A stretch of DNA of 32,000 bases from Halogeometricum borinquense DSM 11551 (GCF_000172995.2 NC_014729.1:750001-782000); one strand, 5' to 3'. Counted from the stretch's first letter, positions 9,425-17,799 are shown. The notes: generated by a model not told the origin, from the letters alone. Program-made: numbers and translations.

Positions 9425-10594
9425 TTACAGGTCGCCGAGTTTCCGCATGACCTGTCCTTGGTACTTCTCGTCGGCGTTGACGCCTTTCAGTTCGAGCACG
9501 TTGCGTTCGAGTTTGTCGAGCGCGACGTGGAAGGCATGTTCTGCGCCGTAGCCTTCACCGCTCCCGGCCACCTGTCCGTGACTGGTGCGGAGTCGGACCT
9601 GACTCTGGATAAGCGGCGTCCCGCGGAGTTTCTCTTTGTGTTCGTGGAATCGGACGTGCGCGTGGTGAACCTGCATCTGCTGGTATTTGTCCACCACCTT
9701 CGTGATGGAGTCAACGACGCTGTCCCGCGTGAGCGTCTCCAGCAGGCCGATGTTGGTTATCTGCACGTCCATACGCTCTTCTTCGGTGAACGTCAGTGCG
9801 CGAAGCACGTCCGTCTTCGTGAGGATGCCGAGCACTTCGGTGTCGCTGTCGGTCGGCGTGACAACGACGCCCTCGATATCGTTGTCGAACATCCGCGAGA
9901 CGACCGTATCGATCTTCTCGCCGGGCGTCGCCGTAATGACGGGCGAAGACATCAGGTCGTACACCGGTAGGTCGAGCATCCGGTCGAGGTCACCGCGGCG
10001 GTCGCCGCGGCCCTGTCTGTCAGCGTTCCGGACCGAGAACTCGATGATGTCGTGCGTGGTCAACACGCCGGTGAGTTTACCGTCCTCGTCGGTAACGGGA
10101 AGCCGGGAGATACCGTTCTCACGCAGGCGGTTGATCGCCTGCCCGACGTGGGACTTCTCACCGATGGTGACAACATCCTTGGTCAGAATGTCCTCGACGG
10201 AAATTGCGTCAAGGTTGTCCAACACCGCTTCGAGGATGTCGTTACCCGTGATGATACCGTAGAGTTTCTCGCCTTCGTAGGCGGGTGCGATTCGGGTGTC
10301 GCCTTCGACCAGCATTCGGGCGGCCTCACGAACGTCTTCGTGACGGTCGATCTTCGGGGCGGATTTCATCACCGCAGACGCCTTCGTGTCGTCTTCCATG
10401 CGAGAGCGAACGAGTTGCTTCTCGCCGATGACACCGGCGTACTCCCCGTCGTTAGTCACGATGACCCCTCGAGAGTTTTCGCGCTCGAAAATTGATCGGA
10501 CTTTTCCCAGCCGTTTGTCTGCATCAACCTCGACGAAATCGGGAGTGGCAATATCAGCAATATTCATAGTCCGAGTAACCTCCATCGTTAACAT
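9425..10594 (-). CDS. Four-CBS-domain protein fused to a C-terminal HPF/RaiA-like (S30AE) domain
   Basis: There are two CBS pairs (aa about 10-270). The C-terminal 100 aa (MDVQITNIGL...HAHVRFHEHK...QVRLRTSHGQVAGSGEGYGAEHAFHVALDKLERNVLELKG) follows the beta-alpha-beta-beta-beta-alpha pattern of ribosome hibernation factors. An alternative start is the ATG at 10567. Confidence 0.75.
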   Translation of the reverse strand: MLTMEVTRTMNIADIATPDFVEVDADKRLGKVRSIFERENSRGVIVTNDGEYAGVIGEKQLVRSRMEDDTKASAVMKSAPKIDRHEDVREAARMLVEGDTRIAPAYEGEKLYGIITGNDILEAVLDNLDAISVEDILTKDVVTIGEKSHVGQAINRLRENGISRLPVTDEDGKLTGVLTTHDIIEFSVRNADRQGRGDRRGDLDRMLDLPVYDLMSSPVITATPGEKIDTVVSRMFDNDIEGVVVTPTDSDTEVLGILTKTDVLRALTFTEEERMDVQITNIGLLETLTRDSVVDSITKVVDKYQQMQVHHAHVRFHEHKEKLRGTPLIQSQVRLRTSHGQVAGSGEGYGAEHAFHVALDKLERNVLELKGVNADEKYQGQVMRKLGDL

Positions 10595-10780
10595 ACTCCG
10601 TCCTTTGTCTTGAAACTTCGCGCCATTCTCGTCGCGTAAGAGGACCTTCGGTCAACCCGTTTTGAGTTTCATCTCGGACGTGCCAAGACGCTAAGTGCGG
10701 TACCGTTTTCAGCGCGGATACTGTCGTTTCGAGTCGATGTCGGCCCCGCGAACAACCCTCCCCTCCACGTCCATACGGCC

Positions 10781-12088
10781 ATGACAGACGACGATTGGTG
10801 GACCCTCCTCATCGTCGCTGTCTGCGTTGCCCTCGTTGCGGCCAGCATCGGTGCTGTGGCGATGTGGGGACCAATACCGACGGTATCGATCTCGTCTCAT
10901 TCGCCCGATTCGTCCTCGCTCGACGATTTCGACACAGCGAGCATTACCGGTGAAAACGTTACTGTCGGCGTGATCGACGCGACCGGCTTCGACACTGAAC
11001 ATCCAACGCTAAACGGGCACGTCACCGCGACGCACGCATTCGGCTCTGAGCCGACGGTCAGAAACCGCGGGCAGAACGGTCATGGAACTGCCGCAGCGGC
11101 GACAGTCAACCGAGTCGCGCCGAATGCGTCGCTCGTGCTTGCTACCTTCGACTCGCCCCGCGGATTCCGTGATGCTGTCAATTGGATGGTCGAATCGAAC
11201 GTGGACGTGATTGTCGCTCCCGTTTCCTTTCTGGGAACGGCGGGCGACGGGAGCAGTCTCATCTCCCGTGTTGCGACGAGGGCAACGCTTGAAGGCGTCG
11301 TCTTCGTCGCTTCCGCCGGAAATCTCGCACGCGGTCACTGGTCGGGGCAGTACGACACCGTCCGAAACGGGACGCTTCAGTTCGGTGCTGACCGGCGACT
11401 GTACCTCTCGGGCGACGACCGCCGTATAACCGTCTGGCTCTCGTGGCCCGAGCGATTCCGTTCGCACGACTACACCGCCGAACTCTACCGAACGGGCGGG
11501 GGTCGAACCACTCTCATCGCTCGCTCGCAACCGTACCACGGTGACAACACGCCGAACAAACGGTTTGTCGTCCGCACGCGTCCCGGCGGGATCTACCACG
11601 TCGTTGTTCGCGGCCCTCAGAACGCAACTCACGTCCCGCTCGAACTGTCGTCACCGACGCACGACTTCCGCCAACCGACACCGTCGGGAAGCCTCACCGC
11701 GCCTGCGACCGCCCCCGGTGTTCTCACAGTCGGCGCACTCGACCCGAATACGGGCCGGTTAGAGCCGTTTAGTTCACGCGGACCGACTTCCGACGGTCGC
11801 CTCGGCGTAGACGTGGTGGCTCCGGACCGCGGTGTTTCGCCCACTTTCGAGGGACGATTTATCGGATCGTCAGTTTCGGCACCGTACGCCGGCGGTGTGG
11901 CGGCGCTCGTTCTATCGGTAGATCCGGATCAATCCCCGCGCGAGGTGGAGGTTCTCCTCGAACAGACGGCGACAGACATCGGGAAGCCGAATGCAGATCC
12001 TGCGACGGGATATGGGAAGTTGAATCCGACGGCGGCGGTTCGGGCCGCGGCAAACGAGACGAACGGAACCGCTCAAACCGACGTTTGA
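10781..12088 (+). CDS. Subtilisin-like serine protease (peptidase S8) with an N-terminal membrane anchor
   Basis: The catalytic triad contexts are GVIDATGFD (Asp), GHGTAAA (His) and GSSVSAPYAGGVAAL (Ser). The N-terminal hydrophobic segment is WWTLLIVAVCVALVAASIGAVAMW. Confidence 0.85.
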   Translation: MTDDDWWTLLIVAVCVALVAASIGAVAMWGPIPTVSISSHSPDSSSLDDFDTASITGENVTVGVIDATGFDTEHPTLNGHVTATHAFGSEPTVRNRGQNGHGTAAAATVNRVAPNASLVLATFDSPRGFRDAVNWMVESNVDVIVAPVSFLGTAGDGSSLISRVATRATLEGVVFVASAGNLARGHWSGQYDTVRNGTLQFGADRRLYLSGDDRRITVWLSWPERFRSHDYTAELYRTGGGRTTLIARSQPYHGDNTPNKRFVVRTRPGGIYHVVVRGPQNATHVPLELSSPTHDFRQPTPSGSLTAPATAPGVLTVGALDPNTGRLEPFSSRGPTSDGRLGVDVVAPDRGVSPTFEGRFIGSSVSAPYAGGVAALVLSVDPDQSPREVEVLLEQTATDIGKPNADPATGYGKLNPTAAVRAAANETNGTAQTDV

Positions 12089-12178
12089 ACTACGGATAGG
12101 ACTTAGTACGTCGCTGACAGACGAGGCACGAACGCAAGACGACGTGCGAGCGCAAGACGACGCACACCCCACTTCACG

Positions 12179-12778
12179 ATGTCTGGAATCATTGACAGTA
12201 TACAGGAACGAACCACACGCACTGACGAACAACCACGCGTCCTCGACGTGGATGACGCTGAGGCCGACGCCGTTATTGATGCCCTCTCTTCGGATACGCG
12301 ACGGGCAGTGTTCCGGAGTTTGTTCGACGAACCCGGAACCGCTTCCGACGTGGCTGACCGCCTCGACACGTCCGTCCAGAACGTTCACTACCATCTCTCG
12401 ACGCTGACGGACGCCGAACTCGTCGAGAGCGTCGATACCCGCTATTCGGAGAAAGGCAACGAAATGACCGTTTACGGGCCTGCGAACGATCCGATTGTCT
12501 TTGTCGGCAATCGGGATATCAGCCCACACGTCCGGCAGTCCTTGACTGACATCGTGGCCGGTCTGGGCGTTCTCGGTCTCGGCTCACTGCTTGTTCAGTG
12601 GGGTACGAAACGACTGGTTGCACCCGCGGCAAGAGGAATCGGCGTGGTCGAACCCGCGAGTCGGTCGGCGGCTGATTCGACGCTAGCGAACCTCGTTTTT
12701 GCGATTGCCGAACCGGGTGTACTCTTCTTCCTCGGCTGTCTCGTCGTTTTCGGTCTCGTCGCGTACGTGCGACAATAG
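12179..12778 (+). CDS. ArsR-like winged-helix regulator with two C-terminal TM helices
   Basis: IDALSSDTRRAVFRSLFDEPGTASDVADRLDTSVQNVHYHLSTLTDAELV is a typical ArsR/SmtB HTH. The C-terminus has two hydrophobic helices (IVAGLGVLGLGSLLV and GVLFFLGCLVVFGLVAYV). Confidence 0.7.
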   Translation: MSGIIDSIQERTTRTDEQPRVLDVDDAEADAVIDALSSDTRRAVFRSLFDEPGTASDVADRLDTSVQNVHYHLSTLTDAELVESVDTRYSEKGNEMTVYGPANDPIVFVGNRDISPHVRQSLTDIVAGLGVLGLGSLLVQWGTKRLVAPAARGIGVVEPASRSAADSTLANLVFAIAEPGVLFFLGCLVVFGLVAYVRQ

Positions 12779-12807
12779 AAGACGTTCGAGGGTCGGTCTC
12801 CGTCGAG

Positions 12808-13821
12808 CTATGCTGATCGGAACAGTCCGAGGAGAGCACCGATACCGACAACACCGAGGACACAACCACCGATGATAGCGGTCAGCCCGGCGGAATCGCC
12901 GCCGAACACTCCGCCTGTTGACTTTCTCATACTGGCTGCGGTGTTAGTCGTCTGCTGGGTTGTCGTTTCTGTCACTTTCGTCTCCGTTGGCGTCGGGTTG
13001 GCCGGCGGCGCTTCGAGGATGACGAGCGAACCCACGGACGCTGGGTCAACCGAGGTGTCCGCCCCGGGATATATCTCCATCTGGTAGTCGCCTCGGTGAA
13101 TGAGATCTTCCAGTTCCCACTCCTCTTTCGGATCGAGACTGTACTTACTCCCATTGTCGAGGACGCTACCCGTCCTGTGATTAGTTCCAGCGTTTTCCGT
13201 ATCGAACAGGACAACGGCGCGGCCATCGTCGTCTCTGTCCCGGAGTGTCGCGACGTACTTGTAGTTCACTTCCTCGCTGCCGATGGTGATCGTGACCTTC
13301 TCCTTATCTCCGAAGGTGACGGGAATCCGAGCCGTTCTCGTCTGCGTTACCTCGACGACGGAGACCATATCAACGCGGTCAGGCGAGGGCTGCATTCCCT
13401 CGTCGGGTGTGTCGTGCTCAGTTACCGTCACGTCGGTACAGTTGCTGTCACAGGGGACGATTTTCCCTTCGGTCTCCGTGAGGCTGTCACCGTCATGAGA
13501 GACTGTCACTTCGAACGTCCCAGTTTTCGGTCCCTCGCTCATGTCGAAGTGCGCTTCGAACGTTCCGTGCTCGGTGACAGTCGTTTCCGACACTCGGAGG
13601 AAGGCCGGGCTCGTGTCACCTGTCGAGCTCATCCGGATACTCAGGGTCGTCCCTTCCGGGAGTGTCGTCTCTCCGCTGACCGTCTGTCCGGTACTCTGAT
13701 GGAGCGTCAGCGTGTCACCCTCGTGGACGATGGTGGCTGACTCTTCTGCGGCTATTACTCCTGCGGGCACGGTGGCCGCACAGAGGATACAGGCGAGGAG
13801 TGCGACACGGAATCTCGTCAT
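12808..13821 (-). CDS. Secreted or cell-surface protein with a Thr-rich linker and C-terminal TM anchor
   Basis: A signal-peptide-like N-terminus (MTRFRVALLACILCAATVPAGVIAAEE) is followed by acidic beta-rich domains and a PTPTETKVTETTTQQTTNT linker. The C-terminal hydrophobic helix has no PGF motif. The ORF extends to 13851, but the ATG at 13821 gives a normal signal peptide. Confidence 0.65.
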   Translation of the reverse strand: MTRFRVALLACILCAATVPAGVIAAEESATIVHEGDTLTLHQSTGQTVSGETTLPEGTTLSIRMSSTGDTSPAFLRVSETTVTEHGTFEAHFDMSEGPKTGTFEVTVSHDGDSLTETEGKIVPCDSNCTDVTVTEHDTPDEGMQPSPDRVDMVSVVEVTQTRTARIPVTFGDKEKVTITIGSEEVNYKYVATLRDRDDDGRAVVLFDTENAGTNHRTGSVLDNGSKYSLDPKEEWELEDLIHRGDYQMEIYPGADTSVDPASVGSLVILEAPPANPTPTETKVTETTTQQTTNTAASMRKSTGGVFGGDSAGLTAIIGGCVLGVVGIGALLGLFRSA

Positions 13822-14011
13822 CGCATCACCTCGTCGGTTCGATTCTGCCACTGTGTGATGCTGGAGGGCATCATACTCGAAGTCACAACTGTTAGGCAGT
13901 TAGTACGACCGATAGCTCAAAGCGTGCGTTGAGGTATACAGGTACTCGTTCACTGATGCTCATTTCTTGCCGGACCGAAAGGAACTCAAAGGTTGACACC
14001 TGTTCACCGGT

Positions 14012-14269
14012 ATGACCAGTGGACTACTGACGCTCCTTCCCGAACTCGTCGAACTCGCCATCTTCGGCCTCGGAAGCCTCGTACTCTCGGGCGTCGGCGT
14101 CTATATCGAACAATTCGCACTCTCGATGGTCGGGAGTGGCCAACCGGAACTCAGTGTGTGGGCGGCCGTGATGGGTGCCATGGCGTTCGGCTTCTCGTAC
14201 CTGCTCGCTACAGACCAGTTCCGACCTCGTCTCCAGCGTTTCCTCGACGCGAACGCTGACCGTCAGTAA
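14012..14269 (+). CDS. Small membrane protein (85 aa, 2 TM), unknown function
   Basis: The ORF has two clear hydrophobic helices and an acidic or charged tail. A T5 run follows it. Confidence 0.5.
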   Translation: MTSGLLTLLPELVELAIFGLGSLVLSGVGVYIEQFALSMVGSGQPELSVWAAVMGAMAFGFSYLLATDQFRPRLQRFLDANADRQ

Positions 14270-14299
14270 GAACGTCGACAGACGAGACTTCGCACGCTG

Positions 14300-14304
14300 T
14301 TTTT
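14300..14304 (+). terminator. Oligo-T tract after the small membrane ORF
   Basis: A T5 run lies 31 nt after the stop at 14269. Confidence 0.35.
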
Positions 14305-14393
14305 CACGCGTACCGCAACAGGAATCTTGGGACTCTATCCTTCGGTCCGATCACGACCTTCGTCGCCGGTCTCAAACAGCCGTTCGCGCCGTG

Positions 14394-16106
14394 TCAGTTA
14401 TCGACTGGATCCGCGTCGAACGCGAACTGCCACGCCGCTCCCTCCCAGTCGTCGGCGTCGGCTGACTCGGGTATCGACGTGTCGCAGTATCCTAACAGCG
14501 AGACATTGCGCTTGTCATCCTTTCCCTGCCAGATGATGGATGCCGTTCCGTCCGGGGGTGCCCCCGACGGGTGTTTGGGCGGCGTCTCGTCCGGTCCGAA
14601 CGAGCCGTACAAACCGCTACTCTCGTCGGATTCCATAACGCCAACTCGTTCGACAGTGCCGACGGCCGGCCCGAACGTGAGACGGATGTGTCGCGGGACG
14701 AGTGCCGATTTTCCACCCAACAGTCCCGTTCGCGTTTGGGTGTCTGTTGTGTCTGCGCCCATCCAGAGCCAGTGTCGGTAGTCGGCTTCGTCGTCGTCCG
14801 GCAGTGTAACTGTCATCTGCATCGCTCGGATGACTCCCGGGCCGGAGACGCGTTCCCACTGGTCTGCGAGTGCTTCGACCATCACCGTCGCACCGTCGAA
14901 CCGACTGGTTTCGTCGTCACTAGTTACCGTCGGCAACTGGTTTTCGACCTGTTGGCTGTTCTCCGTGAGCATGCTGACTGCGCTCTCCTGATCGAACGAG
15001 CGGTCAGCACGCCGACTGCCGCGGATGGCGTACGCCTTCGGCGTGGCGGCTGACACTGCCGCAGTCCCGATAACTGTTGTTCCAACTGTCGCCGCCGCGG
15101 CACGGAGCATGCCTCGCCGTGTTGGCTTCCCTGTCTGGTCCGACTTCGATTGCTCGCGCGACCGCAAATCCGAGAGGACTCGGTCGGCGACGACCGTCGC
15201 GCCGTTTTTGTAGGACGGTGACTCCATCGATGCCTGTGCGGCGGCGACCGCGGCGTCCTCGTCGCCGACGACGGAGAACCCGCGGAGGTCCCGCAGTCGG
15301 CTGGCGACACCCGACTGCTCGTCGGTTGCAGGATATACCACGCAGTGGGTGCCCGCTACTGCGGCGTCCATGACGGTCGAGTACCCGGAGCAAACGACGG
15401 CGTCGGCCGCGCGGAGGTACGGAAGCAGGGAGGGGACCGCTTCCCATCCCTCGGAGCCAACGTTTACAACCGACAGGCCGCGGTCTGTGAGTCGCTCCCC
15501 GACCGATTCGAGGTTGGAGTAATGGCTTGGGACGACGACGACATCGATATCTGCGGGGACGCCATCATCCGATCCGTCGAGGGCAATCGGCGGGACGTGA
15601 ACCGCTTGGTCGGGATCATCGGGTTTCGGTTCCCAGACGGCGGGGTAGAAGAACTCCCGGGAGACGGACAGTTGCAGCGAACAGTGAAACTGCGCGCCGA
15701 GTCGTTCCGTTCGGTCCTCGTAGATGCTCGGCATGTCGTGTTTCACGACGTACTGCGGGATGCCGACTCGGACGGCGGCCATCACGGCAAACATGTCGTC
15801 GGTGACGACGGCGTCCGGGTCGGTTTTGCGAAGCCACTCCACGATTTCGGAGATCCGACGGGTCGTGTCGGGGATACTTCCTGCAAGGAGATCAGTCACC
15901 GTTCCGTCTTGATAATCGCCGATGTAATCGACGGTCGTCGGTTCGAACGCGTCGTATCCGTTCAAATCGACGAACCGGGCGCCCGCTCCACCACCTGCGA
16001 TCTGGATTTCACAGCCCGCGGATTCGAGGGCGCGGGCAATCGCTAGCATCCGCGTCGCGTGTCCCGCACCTTCACAGTAGTGGATGATGGCGATGTTGGA
16101 GGGCAT
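14394..16106 (-). CDS. GT-B glycosyltransferase (MurG/GT1-like) continuous in frame with a Tat-signal-bearing domain of unknown function
   Basis: N-terminus MPSNIAIIHYCEGAGHATRMLAIARAL resembles the glycine/His-rich first loop of GT-B enzymes. The C-terminal lobe includes AADAVVCSGYSTVMDAAVAG. At aa 334-369 there is a full Tat signal (KPTRRGMLRAAAATVGTTVIGTAAVSAATPKAYA), followed by about 210 aa with no recognisable family. I chose the ATG at 16106. The track start at 16130 is a TTG. Confidence 0.7.
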   Translation of the reverse strand: MPSNIAIIHYCEGAGHATRMLAIARALESAGCEIQIAGGGAGARFVDLNGYDAFEPTTVDYIGDYQDGTVTDLLAGSIPDTTRRISEIVEWLRKTDPDAVVTDDMFAVMAAVRVGIPQYVVKHDMPSIYEDRTERLGAQFHCSLQLSVSREFFYPAVWEPKPDDPDQAVHVPPIALDGSDDGVPADIDVVVVPSHYSNLESVGERLTDRGLSVVNVGSEGWEAVPSLLPYLRAADAVVCSGYSTVMDAAVAGTHCVVYPATDEQSGVASRLRDLRGFSVVGDEDAAVAAAQASMESPSYKNGATVVADRVLSDLRSREQSKSDQTGKPTRRGMLRAAAATVGTTVIGTAAVSAATPKAYAIRGSRRADRSFDQESAVSMLTENSQQVENQLPTVTSDDETSRFDGATVMVEALADQWERVSGPGVIRAMQMTVTLPDDDEADYRHWLWMGADTTDTQTRTGLLGGKSALVPRHIRLTFGPAVGTVERVGVMESDESSGLYGSFGPDETPPKHPSGAPPDGTASIIWQGKDDKRNVSLLGYCDTSIPESADADDWEGAAWQFAFDADPVDN

Positions 16107-16139
16107 CGTCTGCCTCATGAATGTGCACAATCATATTCC

Positions 16140-16420
16140 TTCTGACTTTACTGCGGAGATAGGCCCCGTTATTTCGAGATAGGAACAGCTGCGGGCTCTC
16201 TTTTGTGTTGGTCGGAACACTATGACATCCTCCTCGCCGTTCACGGCGAGGTTTCCTCGCGCTGGGGTATCGTTTACCGACCCACGGAGGCAACTTGCGG
16301 GTTCGTATGCTCCTCGTTGGGACGGGGAGAGCGTGATGACTCCAACCATTCGTGGTTGTCCCACTTGAGGCATACAGGCCGTGCCATCGACCGTGTTACC
16401 GTCGTCTGCCGTTGACGAGA
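16140..16420 (-). ncRNA. Predicted TnpB guide RNA (omega/reRNA) scaffold region
   Basis: By analogy with characterised TnpB systems, the guide RNA overlaps the 3' end of tnpB and the IS right end. Downstream of the stop the minus strand has mutually exclusive hairpins GCGAGG-AAA-CCTCGC and CCTCGCCG-TGAA-CGGCGAGG. Boundaries are inferred, not seen. Confidence 0.3.
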
Positions 16421-17608
16421 CACAGAGTGTCTCGTTCGCCAATCAGAACTCAGAGAGTTCTGATGACGTCTCAAGAACGTCTCTGACGCCACGAGGTCAG
16501 CGTGCCCCTCGAAGCCACACGGACACGTCAGCGTATCTCTGTGGCGCGTCGTCTCCTCTGTCGAACCACAGTTGGGACACTCCTGACTCGTCCACGCCTC
16601 CGACCGAACCTCTACCGACATACCGTATTCCTTGGCGGTACACGCCACCCGGTTCACGAACGCCCTGAACGCCCAGAAATTGTGCGTTTTCGCGTTCGTC
16701 TCTACCGACCAGTGCGTTTCCAACACGTCAGTTAACGCCCCAACGTACACCGTCGAAACGCCTTCATCGTAGAGGCGTTCGATGAGGTCACGGGCGAGTG
16801 CGTCTTGGGCGTGGTCACGTCGCTTGGTACGTCGGTCGTACAGGCGTCGGATTCGGTGACTGCTGTATCGACCTTCCTCCAACAGTGATTGGAGTCGGGC
16901 GATTTCTCGTGTCGTCTCGCGGAACCTGTCGAACAGGTCACGTCCTTCGTACAATAGTTGTTGACCGGTTGTGGTTGTGCAGGCGACGAGGTTGTTCGCA
17001 CCAATATCCAGAGCGGCTTCTTCCGAAGCCAGTGGTTGTGCCAGTCGAGAATCATCGACGGTGACTGGCTGAAAGGCCCTGAACGATTGTGCTTGCTCGT
17101 CGTAGAACAACTCCAATCGACCCTGCTTCTCATACTCCGTCCAGTTCGGGTCGCCCCGAACTTCGAGCCGGAGGCGTTCGCGGTGTCCCAACCCGTACTC
17201 GTCTTTCAGGTCTTTGCCGACGAGGATTTCGAGCCGGGAGTATTCACCCCACTCGACCGAGTACGACGTGTTTCGGATGTACGTGCGGAGTTCTCGACCT
17301 TCGTCTGCGTTGCCCCAGTATCCGGGTTTTCCGTTGGCTTCGCCTTTCTTCCTAAGGCTGAAGAACGACTTCCACGCTTCGCGGTTCTTGCGCTCGATTT
17401 GCTGAACCGTGGACGCCCCGAGAACACCGCCGTAGCGACCACGATACTCGCTGATGTCCCACACGTCTCCGTCTGGGTCAGCATAGTGTTCGCGGCGCTC
17501 GTAGTTGATTTCGTTCCAGAGAGCGGCAGAAGCGTCCAACAGGCGTCGAAGCAACTCCTCGTCCTCGTCGGACAGAGGAACCACCTCGAACGTGTTGGCT
17601 CGCTTCAT
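16274..17608 (-). CDS. tnpB: TnpB (IS1341-type, RNA-guided nuclease family, OrfB)
   Basis: The 444-aa product has RuvC-I in [11 protein letters not shown], a zinc finger CPNCG...CPCG, and RuvC-III in [11 protein letters not shown]. The N-terminal [39 protein letters not shown] is typical OrfB_IS605. The RuvC-II glutamate is not obvious by eye ([11 protein letters not shown]). Confidence 0.9.
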   Translation of the reverse strand: MKRANTFEVVPLSDEDEELLRRLLDASAALWNEINYERREHYADPDGDVWDISEYRGRYGGVLGASTVQQIERKNREAWKSFFSLRKKGEANGKPGYWGNADEGRELRTYIRNTSYSVEWGEYSRLEILVGKDLKDEYGLGHRERLRLEVRGDPNWTEYEKQGRLELFYDEQAQSFRAFQPVTVDDSRLAQPLASEEAALDIGANNLVACTTTTGQQLLYEGRDLFDRFRETTREIARLQSLLEEGRYSSHRIRRLYDRRTKRRDHAQDALARDLIERLYDEGVSTVYVGALTDVLETHWSVETNAKTHNFWAFRAFVNRVACTAKEYGMSVEVRSEAWTSQECPNCGSTEETTRHRDTLTCPCGFEGHADLVASETFLRRHQNSLSSDWRTRHSVSRQRQTTVTRSMARPVCLKWDNHEWLESSRSPRPNEEHTNPQVASVGR

Positions 17609-17633
17609 CGACTACTGATTGCATCGGAACACA

Positions 17634-17640
17634 CATAAAG
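17634..17640. promoter_or_regulatory. Single A/T box (CATAAAG / CTTTATG) placed to serve both tnpB and the divergent RHH ORF
   Basis: This is the only A/T-rich element in the 53-nt gap. It lies 26-32 nt from the tnpB ATG (17608, minus strand) and 22-28 nt from the ATG at 17662 (plus strand). Confidence 0.4.
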
Positions 17641-17661
17641 ATGTGGTTTGTGTGCTACTAT

Positions 17662-17799
17662 ATGGTCGAAGTTCGCATCGAGTTCGATGACGACGAGCAG
17701 TACGAGCGACTGAAGGAACTGAAGAAACACCGTGGATTGACGTGGAAGGGGTTGCTCCTCGAAGGCGAGAAGAAAGTCAGGGAGGATACCCCGGAGTAA
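17662..17799 (+). CDS. Small ribbon-helix-helix (CopG/Arc-like) protein, 45 aa (52 aa if started at 17641)
   Basis: I translated it by hand: MVEVRIEFDDDEQYERLKELKKHRGLTWKGLLLEGEKKVREDTPE. The pattern is a beta-strand (VEVRIEF), helix 1, a G-x-T turn and helix 2, and the composition is acidic. It is too short for the supplied ORF track. Confidence 0.5.
   Translation: MVEVRIEFDDDEQYERLKELKKHRGLTWKGLLLEGEKKVREDTPE

Larger units (their letters stand above)
16140..17640 (-). mobile_element. IS200/IS605-family, IS1341-type element (tnpB only); ends not resolved
   Basis: An intact tnpB is present but no Y1 tnpA. The coordinates are the minimal extent. The right end must lie between the tnpB stop (16274) and the putative TATA of the downstream GT gene (about 16132-16137). 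The left end may extend past the RHH ORF toward about 17950. Confidence 0.6.
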
